From positions 12,276,001 to 12,340,000 of the forward strand of contig OX597822.1 in NCBI GenBank assembly GCA_951406725.2: DNA of 64,000 nucleotides, given 5' to 3'. Below are positions 25,200 to 39,774 of this stretch, piece after piece. The position numbers were made by a program, and so were the translations under genes. How positions within the stretch are numbered: the stretch's first letter is position 1; each line of letters starts with the position of its first letter. The notes beneath the pieces are model-generated. The model had not been told where the DNA came from. It saw nothing but the letters and a program-made list of their open reading frames with translations, and did no database searches. This DNA is from Octopus vulgaris (lineage: Eukaryota).

Positions 25200-26400
25200 A
25201 CAATGTTCTGACTTGAAGCGGTATAGATCACGAGTATTCAATTTATTCGCATATATCTCTGTATTTGCATAGCGTTGGTGCACTCACCAATGATAATTAT
25301 AAGTTCACCCCTCATACCCAGTTTAGTTAAGGCAGAGGTAAATCAGTCCCATTATTTTCTCTGACTGTTAAACTCTACGCTCTGTTAAAGCAAGTTGCAT
25401 TGCAATTCTCTTGTGAATCGTAGTCATACATTGTGACACTTGATAGAGCCACATGCAGGCTGTTACACTTTTATCAGAACCGAGCAAAGCAATGAAAAGC
25501 AGCGTGTTGAATAGGAATCTTCTTTTACTGTCCGTTTTATTATCTAGCAAAGTATTTTATACATATATTTCCCACACACGCAATAACAACTTTTTAACAA
25601 AGTGCCACCTCATTTTCTGCTCTTATTTTTTTTTTATATGTGTTGTTGTTTTCACCTTCGTCTTTCCTCGTTTCTGATGCGTTACGATTAATCTTTTTCT
25701 TTCTTTCTTATCCCATAGAACGGTATTGCAACGTAAAATGACAACTGACAACAACCAGCTATATTCAGCCCACCCAATATCAATGCGTAAGTATGTAAAA
25801 TCGTGTTTAGCGATTGGAGCAGCGTAAAGAATTCAATGAAAAGCTTTGGAAAACATTCGAAAAAAGCCGACAATGGTTTTTAGATATCTAAAAGTTGATA
25901 ATTATTTCCTCGTAGATATATTCAATGAAATGCCTTATTGATTATTTTTATATTATTTTATTTTAGGCATTTGTTATTTTTATGTGACACGGAGGAAGTT
26001 GGTGAAAGCACTTCGCTTTTAATGTAGTTTAATCCTTAAAGATTAAATACTCTAGTTCGGCATGGATCACGTAACAAGCAGCATAGCAACAATATTACAA
26101 TATTGGTATTAACTTTAGAACTGCAGTTGACAATGAAAAAAAGAGACTGCTTGCGGTTGTTAAAGGTTTCTGATGGTACCAAACATTTTAAGCATGCTTC
26201 CGCCATGTACGTCATCATTTGCAGTAATGTATTTCCTGTTTTTATATTGCATTTTTTAGCAGCAAATAATGATAGCATTAAGATTTGCATAGAGCTTGAG
26301 AGTAGAAGCCATACAGATCGCTTTAGTAGTTCGTTTCCTACCACTGACGCTACACATGATCAGCGAAGTTGACCAAACTCAAGACATTGCATAGCAACAA
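25200..26400 (-). mobile_element. Possible decayed Helitron RepHel (PIF1-like helicase) remnant
   Basis: RFLFNTLL..SVTACMW, TIHKRIAMQLALTE and LIIIIGEC loosely match helicase motifs I-II in order. Confidence 0.35.
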
Positions 26401-26574
26401 TGCAGATATGGTGGATAAGGTAGACATGGTAGAGCAAACGCAGTTTATTAGCTCGCTTTGGTATGTCTCTCTATCTCTATCTATATCTATATCTACATCT
26501 ATCTATATCTATCTATCAATCTCTCTCTCTCTCTCTCTCTCTCTGTGCCTCTCTCTATATATATCAGATATATA

Positions 26575-26990
26575 TATACGGCTTAACAGCCCTTCTTGTC
26601 TTGTTATTCTCCTTGTCCTGTCTTTTACTGTTTATATTTTGTACTGTCTTTACTGTCCTGTTTTTGTTACCATTTTTACCCCTCCGCAAAAAGATCTCAA
26701 ATTTTATTTAATTTGCTTTTCGCGGGAAGGAAAGTTTCTATCGAAGATGCGTATGGCCTTCACCTTCGAAACGCAGAGTAGATGAAACCATGGCGACTGA
26801 AGAAGGGGAATTTTCCTTGTGTTATTTGTCCTGTAATCTACTTTTTTGTTGTTTAAGGAAAATGTCCAGTTCCTTGGTTTTGTGTTTATGTTTTCGTTTC
26901 TCATTGTGTTCGACGTTTTTTTTGTGACCTGTACCCATATATGCGTGTATATATACATCTAGAGGTAGGTACGTAGATATATGTATGTAT
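26575..26990 (+). repeat. TA-flanked T-rich element, possibly pLTR-like
   Basis: Bounded by (TA)n; contains cgaaacg and ctgaagaag motifs; no second copy in the window. Confidence 0.35.
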
Positions 26991-27014
26991 ATATGCATGT
27001 TTTATTTATTAATT

Positions 27015-27044
<30 letters not shown>

Positions 27045-27045
<1 letters not shown>

Positions 27046-27355
27046 CAATTTTCTTTGTAAGACTAGCACTTATTCTATCGGTTTCTCTTGCCGAACCGCT
27101 AACTACGTTGACGTAAACACACCAACATCAGTTGTCAAGCGATCGTCGAGGGTCGAACTCAGACACAAATAACAAATACCTACATACACACATGCATATA
27201 TATATATATACATATATATGACGGACTTCTTTTAGTGTTCATCTAACAAATCCACTCACAAAGCTCTGGTCAGCCCGAGGCTGTAGTAGAAAACACTTGC
27301 CTAAGGTGGGACTGAACCCGGAACTATGTGGCTGGGAAGCAAGGTTCTTACCACA
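27045..27355 (-). mobile_element. SINE family A
   Basis: gggactgaacccgg and aaatccactcacaaagc are reverse-strand matches. Confidence 0.75.
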
Positions 27356-28300
27356 ATGTAAATAGGCAGGATAAAATCCACTTGTTTTCACTTGAAGAGC
27401 ATCTGCTTATTCCAGTATCACAATCTAATTCGTGGTATGTGCTGTTGTTGTATAAATGCGAATCACATATTAAATTGAAAATTCTGGGAATATTGTTCGT
27501 AGCGTTAGTGTATAAAAAACAGGAAATTGCAATTTTTTTTGGTATTATTTATTCACAATTACACATTTCATTTGCTAATGGGAATTACAGACTTTTACAT
27601 GTGAGCGAAACACGTAAGGAGGTTCCTATTAGAAATTTTTCAGACAGAGGAATTAAACAATGCATTTTTTAAAAAGTGGAAAATTTTCTGTGCCGTCTCA
27701 CTTGCTCTTCGTTCCTTCACCAAAACCATGGATAATGATCCTGATTATTAACAAAATATAAAAGCTTCAAACAAATCTAAGTTTTGTATTATTTAATATC
27801 TCTGTCTGAAAAAATTCTAATAGAAAATACCTTACAAGTCTGACTAAAATGTAGGGCACTATAAATCCTGTTAGCAAATGCAACGTGTGTAATGGTGAAT
27901 AAATGACACCAACAAATTTTCTAACTTCCTAGTGTAGTCCTGGAATCCACAAGCCGACCACGTCGAAAACGGATGGTCGTCTAAACGAGACAGACCTTTG
28001 CGATTAACCCTGCGTCCGAGCGGTCAACAGGTAGCTCCGAGGTCTTTTCTCCCTCGATTTTGTAGAGAGGTTATAGACACATGTATATTTATATAATTAT
28101 GCAGACATAGACAGAGATATACGACACAACTGGTGTAGATGCCGTCATTGGTGTTGGCGAGGAATAGAATAGCTCAGTTTTATGTTGTTATGAGATGAGG
28201 AAATATGGGGCAAATACTACATTTCCCTTTTTATGATTCATATGGTTGCTCGCCTCCAGATCAGCATGTTTTTCTTCCACTACATATCTGATAAAACAAG

Positions 28301-28374
<74 letters not shown>

Positions 28375-28407
28375 GTCTGTATGTATACATGCATAGGTAT
28401 ACATATA

Positions 28408-28455
<48 letters not shown>

Positions 28456-28469
28456 TATATACATATATA

Positions 28470-28534
<65 letters not shown>

Positions 28535-28645
28535 TTGTAGGTATGTATGCATATATATACGTAGAAGTTTGAAAAGAAACACATGAGTTGAGATATATTG
28601 AAAAAAAGTCAAGGTAGAAAATGCTAAAATAATCTTATAAAAACA

Positions 28646-28687
28646 TTTCGGTACCGGTTTCATCATTGAGACTTTTTCAACTGTAAA
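28646..28687 (-). ncRNA. Hammerhead-like motif, U3-A8 variant
   Basis: UUGAAAA-A-GUC-UCAAU-GAU-GAAA-CCGGU-A; stem I is imperfect. Confidence 0.4.
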
Positions 28688-28809
28688 TATGGAAAGAAAT
28701 TAAATTTTGGAAAAAATACAAGAAAAGTTTTTAAAAGAATATTTGCATAGTATTCAAATACAAAGGGCATTTACCTTGTTTCTGACTGTCTCTCTTGTTT
28801 ACTCTATAT

Positions 28810-29051
28810 TTGAGGGTAAACGAAGAGCGAGCGTTGCTAGAAATAATAGTCGAAAAACACTCAAATGAGCCGCCAGGCTGGCGAAACTTTAGGGGCGAGC
28901 AAAATTTAACTTACCATAGCGGCTGAAAGTTGCAAATGAGTATCACTGATATACATATAACACCTGATTTCGAACGTCCAGTAAAATGATGGCTTATTTA
29001 GTATGTTTCGACGCTTATTTCTAGCAACAAATGTACTTCGTGTACCCTCAA
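28810..29051. mobile_element. Small fold-back/MITE-like element with ~60-bp imperfect inverted arms
   Basis: ttgagggta.acgaag...gttgctagaaataa pairs with ttatttctagcaac...cttcgtgtaccctcaa. Confidence 0.6.
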
Positions 29052-29241
29052 TTATTATTTAAAATCAATTGGAAATTTGTAAATTTGCCTGTTTTGGTTT
29101 AATTTTTGCTTTAATGCTCACTTCACACTTATATTATTGTTGATAATATTTATTAATAACAACAATATCTTTATTTACACACACAGGCACACACACTTAT
29201 ATATGATAGATACATTTCAAAATACGTAAACATATAGTATA

Positions 29242-29294
<53 letters not shown>

Positions 29295-29300
29295 TGCATA

Positions 29301-29360
<60 letters not shown>

Positions 29361-29363
29361 TGC

Positions 29364-29394
<31 letters not shown>

Positions 29395-29430
29395 CATATA
29401 TGCATATATACATATATATATATATATATC

Positions 29431-29471
<41 letters not shown>

Positions 29472-29525
29472 TATTTATACATATACATATATATATATAT
29501 GTATATATAAACACATCTCTCTATA

Positions 29526-29565
<40 letters not shown>

Positions 29566-29867
29566 GTGGCAGTGCCCCAGCATGGCCACAGTCTAATGAC
29601 TGAAACAACTAAATTATAGAAGATATGTATTCTATATATATGTAAGTGTGTGTGTGTGTGTGTGTCTGTCTGTCTGTGTGCGTGCGGGCGTAAAATTTCT
29701 CTTTCTATTGATCAATCTATTTATATTCATACACATTCATGCACATGTGTATGCATACATGCATATATAAATATATATATATATATATATACATACACAT
29801 ACACAGACAAATATATGTGTGAATATGTATACACACAGTTGCGCATGTATATATATGTATACATATG

Positions 29868-29919
<52 letters not shown>

Positions 29920-30243
29920 TCCCCACATATATAAAAATATATATATATATATATATATACATATATTTATGTATATATTAATGTATCCTATTCATAATTT
30001 CATGTTTATACTCCACTCCTGTAGACAGGCATTTCATCGTATACGGCTTCTAATCAAAGAAATAACAAAACTGCATATGAGACATTGTAATCTTGACTTT
30101 CTTCGTCGCTGTTTATCTAAATATGTCCACATGAAATATTCTTTGAAAAAGGCAGAATTTTTTTTTGTTTCATATTTATAATTAAAATAAGGAACAATAC
30201 AAAATATTAAAATGCAACAACATCACTGTCACATTCGCATTTA

Positions 30244-30292
<49 letters not shown>

Positions 30293-31585
30293 ACACACGC
30301 ACTCACACACACAAACACACACATATATATATAGTGATATACAGAGAAAACAAAAGATGTAATAAATGACACCTGCTGATCAGATGAAGAAGAAGAGAGA
30401 AAGGATTATAAACAAAACTAAAACGAAAGGAAAGTCGTTGTCAAATCAAATTAACAAAGTTAAATGAGATGATAAAATTATGAATGACTCCAACTGGAGA
30501 TCGAAATTAGTTCCAAATCACGCAAAAGGAAAGGAAAAATGAAATCGCATCGTAATGGAAACGCCACACGCTATCATTTTAATTCAGCTAGTCTCATGCG
30601 ACAGCTTTAATTGCTAACTTCAAGAAACTTCCTGTTTTACGAATTTTCAATAAACAAACTTTTTGGTTTATTTAAAAAATTTTCTTCCCCCGCATTGAAA
30701 TATTATGTAAATACAAAGCCGTTTGTTTTATTGACTTTCAAACGTGAATTGTTTTAGTGGTTAATATCTTTCATGTACCAAAGCAAATAGGCTAATTTGA
30801 CGAAGTCACATCTCAGCTACATCGCATCGGTTTTTTGGTTGGTTGTAGACCTGTCACAAATAATTGCTTCTGATTTTGGCCCAAGGCCATTAATTTTATG
30901 GGGAACGGGTCAGTCGATTGCATCTATGCCAGTACTTGTATCTTTTATTGAACCGGAAAGAGTGAGAATCAACTTCGACCTAGGCTGAGATTGAACTCTT
31001 AGCAATTAACAGACGAGCGAACGATTCTGCCAGCTCACCGACTGAGATCTGTCGCTGATAATGTTTGACAGCAATTCCAGATATTCTCTAATGATAAGAG
31101 AAATCTTATGTGGTCTGAGTCAGCATTGAATATTTCTGCTTAACTTGTGATCGTTTATACTTTGTGCTCCATTCTCAACCTCCACTGAAGAAATCTGCGA
31201 TATTTAGGTCCCAAATTTAAATGACTAGATCCCTTTCACACATCTCCTCTTTATGTCTTGTGTCCACATAACACGTATTACCTTCTTTTATCTTTTATTG
31301 GTCTGTGGCTATATTGGGGCATCGCATTGAAGGATTTAGTCGTAAATCTGTCGACTCCTTGGTTGAAACGCTAAGTGATGGGGACATAAGCAAACCAACA
31401 CGGTTGTCCAGTAATGGTAGGAGACAAGCAAAATCACCAACACAAAGGCACACACACAGGCACACACGCAACGTTTCCATCTACGCACAAGGCATTTCTT
31501 AGCCCGGAGCTATGAAAGAAAAAGGCTCATAGAACTTATAGAAAACTCCGAAATTTATTTCCTATTCTATGCGTGACATTATAAC

Positions 31586-31920
31586 ATGCATCTGTCATCA
31601 ACTTGCACACCGTCGGTTACGATGACAGTTGATTCCAGTTGATCCGATCAACAGAACAGCCTGCTCGTGAAATCAACGGGCCAGTGACGGAGAACCCTAC
31701 AGACACGCGGACCCTCACTGTAGTTCTCAGTGAGATTCATCATCATACAGAATATGAAAAGGTTGGCACCCTTTCAGTTACAGTTACAACTCAGTTTTGC
31801 CAGCTCAATAAACTGCAGAAACGTGAATTAAAGTATCTTGCTCAAGGACTAACTGGTCAACGGGAATCGAACTCACGTCCATACGATTGTGAGTCAAATA
31901 TCCTAACCATTAAGCCACGC
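31586..31920 (-). mobile_element. tRNA-derived SINE family C
   Basis: Reverse strand gcgtggcttaatggttagg (A box), gagttcgattccc (B box), CORE-like tccttgagcaag. Confidence 0.75.
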
Positions 31921-32475
31921 ACTGTCACTGGCATTTGTCATAAGTGCCCAATGTATTTCATTGCCCCTATGGATGGGGGCGGAGAAACTGTGAAAGCAGG
32001 CAAGAAATCTCGTTTAATGGTTAACAGTTAACGTTACTCTGCGTTTAATAAGGATATTGAGTCCGCAGTTAATTTTGTATGCATGGACGTGCTTTATGAA
32101 CTATTTGTTTACATTGTGTAGGATAAAAAGTGGAGAGACATGACGGCATAGCAGTAGAGTTGTAGAGTGTTGCTGATGTATCGGTTTATATGAAGATAGT
32201 TGCCAGGTTATAAGAGTAGAGCTGTAAACAGTTTTTGAGAGAAACTGGTGCGCTTCAAAGTTCCTTTTCAACGTTATTTTTCTTTTCCTATTTTATAACA
32301 GAAACTGCGATCTATCCGTCGTTTGTATCAATGTAAATGTATGCATGTGAGTGAGTATGTATGTATGTGTGTTGATATATATATATATATATAGTCCAAT
32401 AACACTATACTTGTTCCACGTCCTCGCGTTGTAGTGTTTTCTCTTTGTGTTTTCATGATTGGATTGACTATATAT

Positions 32476-32553
<78 letters not shown>

Positions 32554-32574
32554 TATATAGTCAATATATATATA

Positions 32575-32755
32575 TATAGTCAATCCAAACATGAAAACAC
32601 AAAGAGAAAACACAACAACGCGAGGACGTGGAACAAGTATAGTGTTATTGGACGCTAAGGAAAGAAGGAAACAAGGAGGGTTTAACGTTTCGAGTGGAGC
32701 TCTTCGTCAGAAACATAGGAAAAGGAAAGATCCAAAGAAGGAAAGATGAAAACAC
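32575..32755 (-). mobile_element. (TA)n-flanked ~180-bp element with minimal type-I hammerhead at 32680-32714
   Basis: GUUU-CUGACGA-A-GAG-CUCCA-CUC-GAAA-CGU-U-AAAC; second copy at 60297-60505; inverted partial copy at 32394-32470. Confidence 0.75.
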
Positions 32756-32791
32756 ATATATACATATATACATGCATACATACATACATAC

Positions 32792-32853
<62 letters not shown>

Positions 32854-32892
32854 CGAAAGAAGGTTTGAAAATGCAATTTAAAAGATGTTTAT

Positions 32893-32937
32893 TTACTTAA
32901 CCGGTTTCATTCTTTGGAAAAAGATTGTCAAAAGTAA
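32893..32937 (-). ncRNA. Hammerhead-like motif, U3-A8 variant
   Basis: UUACUU-UUGACAA-UCUUU-UUCC-AAAGA-AU-GAAA-CCGGU-U-AAGUAA; 6-bp stem I. Confidence 0.5.
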
Positions 32938-32970
32938 CATAGAACATTATGAATTCAAAAAATTTACATA

Positions 32971-33258
32971 ATTGCCACCTTACATGTATATATACAGTCT
33001 TTGGTAACAGGGACATGTTAAGGACATAAAGAAGTACAACAGTGTGATGAGAATATTTGAAAAAATGGGCAGAAAAGAATAAAACAAATATATTATTGGA
33101 AGTTTGGTTGTGTTAATTATTGGTTATTGCAAATTGCCACATTACATGTATATATACAGTCTTTGGTAACAGGGACATGTTAAGGACATAAGAAAGTACA
33201 ACAGTATGATGAGAATATTTGAAAAAATGGGCAGAAAAGATTAAAACAAATATATTAT
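32971..33258. repeat. ~125-bp direct repeat (32971-33097 and 33133-33258)
   Basis: attgccac..tacatgtatatatacagtctttggtaacaggg... occurs twice. Confidence 0.85.
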
Positions 33259-34479
33259 ACATCTCAGGGTCAGTACAGAATATTATGAATTCAAGGCGAG
33301 GTTGTCCGTTTTAGCAGAAATGTAGAATTGAAAAAGATGTACCCGTTGTTTTCTTTTTTTGGCTTTCCTTCAAGCATCAATGATTTTGGGGTTAGGATGA
33401 GGTGAATATGTGTGTCTCTCTGCGTGTATGTGTGCGTGCATACACATACATGTGGTGTGAATAGATGTGTCTGTGTGTCTGTAGTATTTGGTCAGATGGC
33501 GTATGTTTGTCAAGTATGTGTGGTTGTCATGGTTTTGTTGAATTTCTACTGCTTTTAAATAAAGCATATTACTCTACCCCTGGTATTTGAGTACTCTTTT
33601 TTTCCACCTTGTTTCACATTTATGTATTTACTCCGGTATATACATATGTATATATATAGGCACCATTATGTGTATATGTGTATATGTGTGTGTATGGTGC
33701 AAGTGTGTTTGTGGTAAATGTGTTGCATGTCCTTGACGATCGGTAAATTTTTGTTTACATCTCCATATCACACCAATTTGGCAAAGTCCGAGCGACAGAA
33801 AAGTCTCCAAGCTTAAAAAGAATAAGTATGGGCGTCGAGTTACTAGACGAGTTGAAGCGTCCCACAAGTCGTCCTCGAATGGCTGCATTCCTATAGGAGA
33901 ATAAATTAGAAAAAAATGCACTTGTTTCCCTCCTTTGAAATGCGAATGGAACAATGACATATGTGCTTGAATGAAACTGTAAGGGGGTTCAATTCTGACG
34001 CAAGTAAAACTTCATTGCTGGGGTTAGGTTTTGCTTTTTTAAACAGGGTTATCTTACAGACGCAAATCAAATATATTGAGGAAGACGGAAACAAGGTATG
34101 GGTATGCTTCCCTTGAAATATATAAACTCCCTAAATGGGTGACTATTGAGAAAATATCTCAATTCATTTGAAATCTCTCCGTTTAAATTAATGAAGAGTT
34201 ATATTATAAAAGTTTCATTTAATATAAAACATAAATCGCTGAAGATTCATATGCGAGTTGAATCGATACTTGCCGAGGAATTTATCACAAATGTTGTGTG
34301 TGTTGGTTATCTTTTTAAGATTTATTGTTTTTTTTGTCTCAAAAGTTTTATAAACCAAAACAAAATTAAATAAAAAAAAAACATTGTGTGTATGTGTGCA
34401 TCAGAGTATATATACACACAGATGCAGTTGCACCAAGAATTGCAACCGATATAGGTATATTACTGTAATAATATACGAC

Positions 34480-34746
<267 letters not shown>

Positions 34747-34989
34747 ACTTATCTGTTTTTCTGTCTCTGTCTGTCTCTCTATGATGGTTACTCTTACTGG
34801 GCAGGGGATATAGTTTTGTGTTTTCAGGTAGCATTAGTCTATGAAATATTGAAAACCATATACCATTTTAATATTATAGGCTATGAATAAATAGAAATTC
34901 TGTTGCTTTACATAGTAACCTGTGCGACCAGGGAGAGAATCTCTTGTTTGATATGCTAATGTGCAAAAGTAGAGAAGAATTCTTCAAAG

Positions 34990-36800
34990 GGGCAAGTTTT
35001 GAGGAAACAGAATGCGTAAAAGGCTTGAGCAGAGGACTTGAAGAGCAATGGAGAGCTTTCGAAAAGAATGAACGCAGGAGGAAGTGCAAAGAGCTCAGTT
35101 TATAAAGGACCGCACAAATTTACCAAAGCCCTATTAGGAGAAGCCTTGGGAGATTGATCAGCAGTATGATGTAGAATTCCTCAAAAAAAAAAAGCCATAA
35201 AATAACATTCTTAGGTAGAAGAGCTAACTGCAATCCTGGTTGATAGACCTGAAGATGGCTAGACGCCCAAGGTATTCTACCGAGAGATCAACGGTCATCT
35301 GTCTCAGGACCAAACAGTATAGCTTGCAAATTATGTAAGAAGGCTTAATATTGTTGTGTACACTGTGGAGATTTTGCGGAGAATATGAGGAACTGGCTCA
35401 ATTTCACCATCCTACAAAAGTGCTTACCAAAGGAAGCAGATTCTACTGAGCTTGACCAATTCCTTACAATCTCCCTTTTCTGGGTATTCAGGCGAATACA
35501 TTCTTTTCAGTCCTGTTTAAGACGACCTCCATGTTGAGAAATATGTTGACACCTTCACCCAGAATGTATCAATATATTTCCCTGGTTCCTCTGAAACTTT
35601 GATAATCGCGACAGGCTCGGCCGCTTGCGTCATCATCAATGCAGCTATGGAACACAACCGTATTCCTTATCAATTCAGGACAACGATCATCAGCAACTTT
35701 AGGGGAATAAAGCTGCTACTCATCACCGTTCATTTCCTGACTCGAAATAGCAATATAACCGGTTGTGTTATGTCCACCATCTCGTTTCTTATAGGGGTGA
35801 ATGCGATCATAAAGGAAGGAATCGGAGGGCCAATACTGCAGTCAGGACCCATCAACGGCCATTGCGTAGTCTCATGGATGAGGCAAGTGCAGGATTTTAA
35901 CAAACGTACAAACAAGCCAAACCTGATAGCAAATGTTAATGCGGTAACATGTAACAAGTGGAACTGCATGCTAAAAATATCCAGGAGTTTTATGATCGGA
36001 AGCTAGAGAGTAACCAGCAAAATTCAGCTGCTTGTACGAGATGAAACCATTCCATCTTTTAAGGAAAGTACAGAAGAATGTCTTACGAAATGTCGTGATG
36101 CTTCCCTAACATATAGCGAATACAAGTTTAGATCATGGAAACAGGCTTGGGATCACGTTTACGAAATAACTTCAAGGTTTCCGTTTTCCTCCATCGAAGG
36201 CTGTTTACACTCATGTGGCTCCAAATAATATATGAAGTGCCTATGACATCTGTGAAGTGGGGGAGAGGCGTGCCAAGAAGTATAGCCACATGTAACATGG
36301 AATTTCAGCAATATTTAGATCAGTAAAGCAAGGCATCAGTTGAGCACAATTAGAGCTATCGCTATCGCAAATGGTCGAAATCTTGATGTTCGGAAAGAGT
36401 AAGTTTGCAATAAGCGAAAGTGGCAATGAGAGCATGAGGCATAAAGACATAAAGACCAGATTAGAATGTACGCAAAGAGATGAGAAATAAGTGGTATGGT
36501 TGAGAAATTAAAAGGCAACATCTCGAATCCGTATAGAGTTTGACGTGGACTTTGAACCACTCACTTCTATCAATCGGAGAAAGTAGACTCAAAGCGAAAG
36601 GATGGCGTGAGGTGAGATGAGGTTAAACACTTGGAGAAGAATGGCTTGAAATCTTGGTATGTTTATCTGAAGGATCCTGCGCAAGGTAGAACAGATGGGA
36701 ATGGAATATCATGTGGCCTGAACGCTGGAAACGGAAAATTTCTGTATCTCTTATTTACGAGGCTGTAACGAACTTATACAAGCCTGGAATAAAAGCGGAT
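34990..36800 (+). mobile_element. Decayed Hero-like (R2 superfamily) LINE RT
   Basis: PKEADSTELDQFLTISL, AITGCVMSTISFLIGVNAII, DETIPS and LQIIYEVPMTSV..GVPRS match Hero-type RT motifs in order. Confidence 0.65.
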
Positions 36801-37067
36801 CCGCGATTCCTTCCTCTGGCCGAAAATTATAAATATGTGGCCGATTCTACTAGCATCTCTGGCATCTAACAATATATATAGATAACCTTCGTCTTACAGA
36901 TTAAAAATGAATATACATAATAGGTGTATAATAATACAAATATCACATAAGGGGGATCAGCCATCTGAATGTGGCTAGGGTCAGGGCGGGGTGGTGGGGG
37001 TGTTACTGATGCATTTAGCCCCAGGCGAACATCGACGTCACCAGAAGAGCTGACAGAAATTTATACG

Positions 37068-37107
<40 letters not shown>

Positions 37108-37119
37108 TACATAAATGTA

Positions 37120-37187
<68 letters not shown>

Positions 37188-38065
37188 CATGCACACACAT
37201 ACACACACACACACATATATATACAGACCTATAAGAACACGCAAGTACATACACACATACGTGCAAACACATACATACTAACACACATGCACACGCACAC
37301 ACATATATAGTTAAATATGTATATGTATGCGATATATTGACACACAAGTACATTTGTGACTACGTGTAGCTGTATATATGGCGGTCTACATAGCTGTATG
37401 TTTGCGAATCAGTCGGCATATTTATGGCTATATGCCTAGTAAAACCTAATCAAGTTACCCAGCTTTACAATAATACAGCAGGGTGGATTTGCGTCCTTTC
37501 ATTGCTTCCTTACGTTGCTTTTACGTCGTTCGATAGAGAATTTACAAGGAATTTAGTTAAAACTTGGCACAACCCGCGAAAGGATTTACAGCACATAAAT
37601 GAATAGAAGATGAAAAAAAGTAAAAACATAAAAAAGAATACAAGAAATAACAATCTAATAAAATAAAACGGAAATTGTTCTGAGATCAAGATCAAAGTAT
37701 GTATGTACGCATGTATGTATGTATGTACGTGGTTGTATGTATGTTTGTATGCATGTATATATGTATTATGTGAGTGTATGTATGATTGTATGCATGTACT
37801 CATATATATATGTATGTGGGTGTATGTATGTATGTATGTATGAATGAATAAAATAAGGAATATGGTATTTAGGATATATATATGTGAATATACACACATG
37901 CATAACTTTATACATATGTATACATATGCGTACTTATATGCATCTATCTACACACACAGACACATAAGCACTCATACATACACTCTCTCCTACTGACTCT
38001 ACTCTCTCTTCCTCGCTCTCTCTCTCACCAACACATACATACATACACATACATACATATATGTG

Positions 38066-38117
<52 letters not shown>

Positions 38118-38526
38118 TGTATGTATGTATGTATGTATATATATACATACGTAAACGCACGCACGTTCAAATTCACAGAAATCGAGATATCGGAAGATAC
38201 AGAGAGAACGAAAGAGGGAAAAATGCAAGGAAATCTGTATACCAACGTATAAGTTTGATGATGTATGCAAATATGTGTCTGCCTACGTAAGTGGGCATGG
38301 TGTGTATATAAAGTGTTCGTGGCAACGGTGTATATATAATATGTGTATGAGGTGAGTTTACGTAATACTTTCCACTGTAAGCCGTATAGCGAAATGCTAT
38401 CCACTCCGAAGTATCTTATCAATAATGGACACCTGCTGTTTGAAAATCTTACAGTTATCCAATCTGCCTCTTAATTTACTCTACGTCTCCTCTACTTTAA
38501 TACTCTTATACTATTACACGCATGCA

Positions 38527-38566
<40 letters not shown>

Positions 38567-38681
38567 CATAAACACACGTACTTACAGACATACGGCTTAC
38601 AGACATACTCAGCGAAACACAGACACACAACTACATATACGCAGAACAAACGCATAGTGTATCCACCGTATACATGATTTA

Positions 38682-38728
<47 letters not shown>

Positions 38729-38876
38729 TTGCAAGGAATGTATATTCATATATTTGTGTATATATATGAGAGATGAAGAGAACAGAGAGACAGTGAATAA
38801 TGGGAATACAATATGCTAATACACACACTCACAAACAAATACGCACACGTATACATACATACACACGCACACACAC

Positions 38877-38920
<44 letters not shown>

Positions 38921-38999
38921 GAATATATATTAATATATATATATGTATTTGTTTCTCTGTATATATATAAATATATATACGTGTATACATGTATATATA

Positions 39000-39030
<31 letters not shown>

Positions 39031-39273
39031 TTGTGTGCATGTATATGCGTATATATGAATATATGCGTGTCTGTCTGCATATGTAGGAATATACGTGTGT
39101 ATATAAATATACAAGCACACATACATACACTGAAATACGTATACGTGTGTATATTTGCTTGAATGCATGTCATTACTCTGAAATGGCGATTTGTGGATAG
39201 AATAAGAGATAAGAATGGCGAGAGAGTGGAAGATAACACCAATGACATGTGTGTGCGTGCCTGTGTTTATGTA

Positions 39274-39330
<57 letters not shown>

Positions 39331-39774
39331 GCACATATCTGTTTACATGTACTTCTGTGCGTGTTTGTGTGTACGTGTGTGTGCATGCTTGTGTGTATGT
39401 ACAGGGTGCTGTGATTCTTTTTACGCCTACATAGAATGCAGCATTAATATCTTCAGGTTTAATGTTTTAAAAAATGCCATCTGTAATGTTATTAATACGG
39501 GAAACTATATAACAAGCGTTGGACTGTTATAATCATAAGAGCATTGCGTAAGTTGCTTTGCTGCATCTACTTACGCTGTTTTACTCTCCCGTGTACAATG
39601 CCTTTCAGTGATCGAAAGAGCCTTTTGTTCTTTCCTGAGACAGACAACAACTATATTATTCACTCCCAAAATATGACTGTTGTTTTCTTTGCACTATATC
39701 ATACTCAAAATCACATGTCTCCCACTTCTGTTAAAAATCCGCACTAGATATGATATTATATATGGCTTCGGTAG

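Noticed and set aside
26735-26810. cgaaacgcagagt and ctgaagaagggg as a type I or II hammerhead
   Set aside because: No register gives both an intact core and a paired stem I.
27940-28070. CpG-rich stretch as an exon or ncRNA
   Set aside because: No convincing splice pair, protein motif or structure was found by eye.
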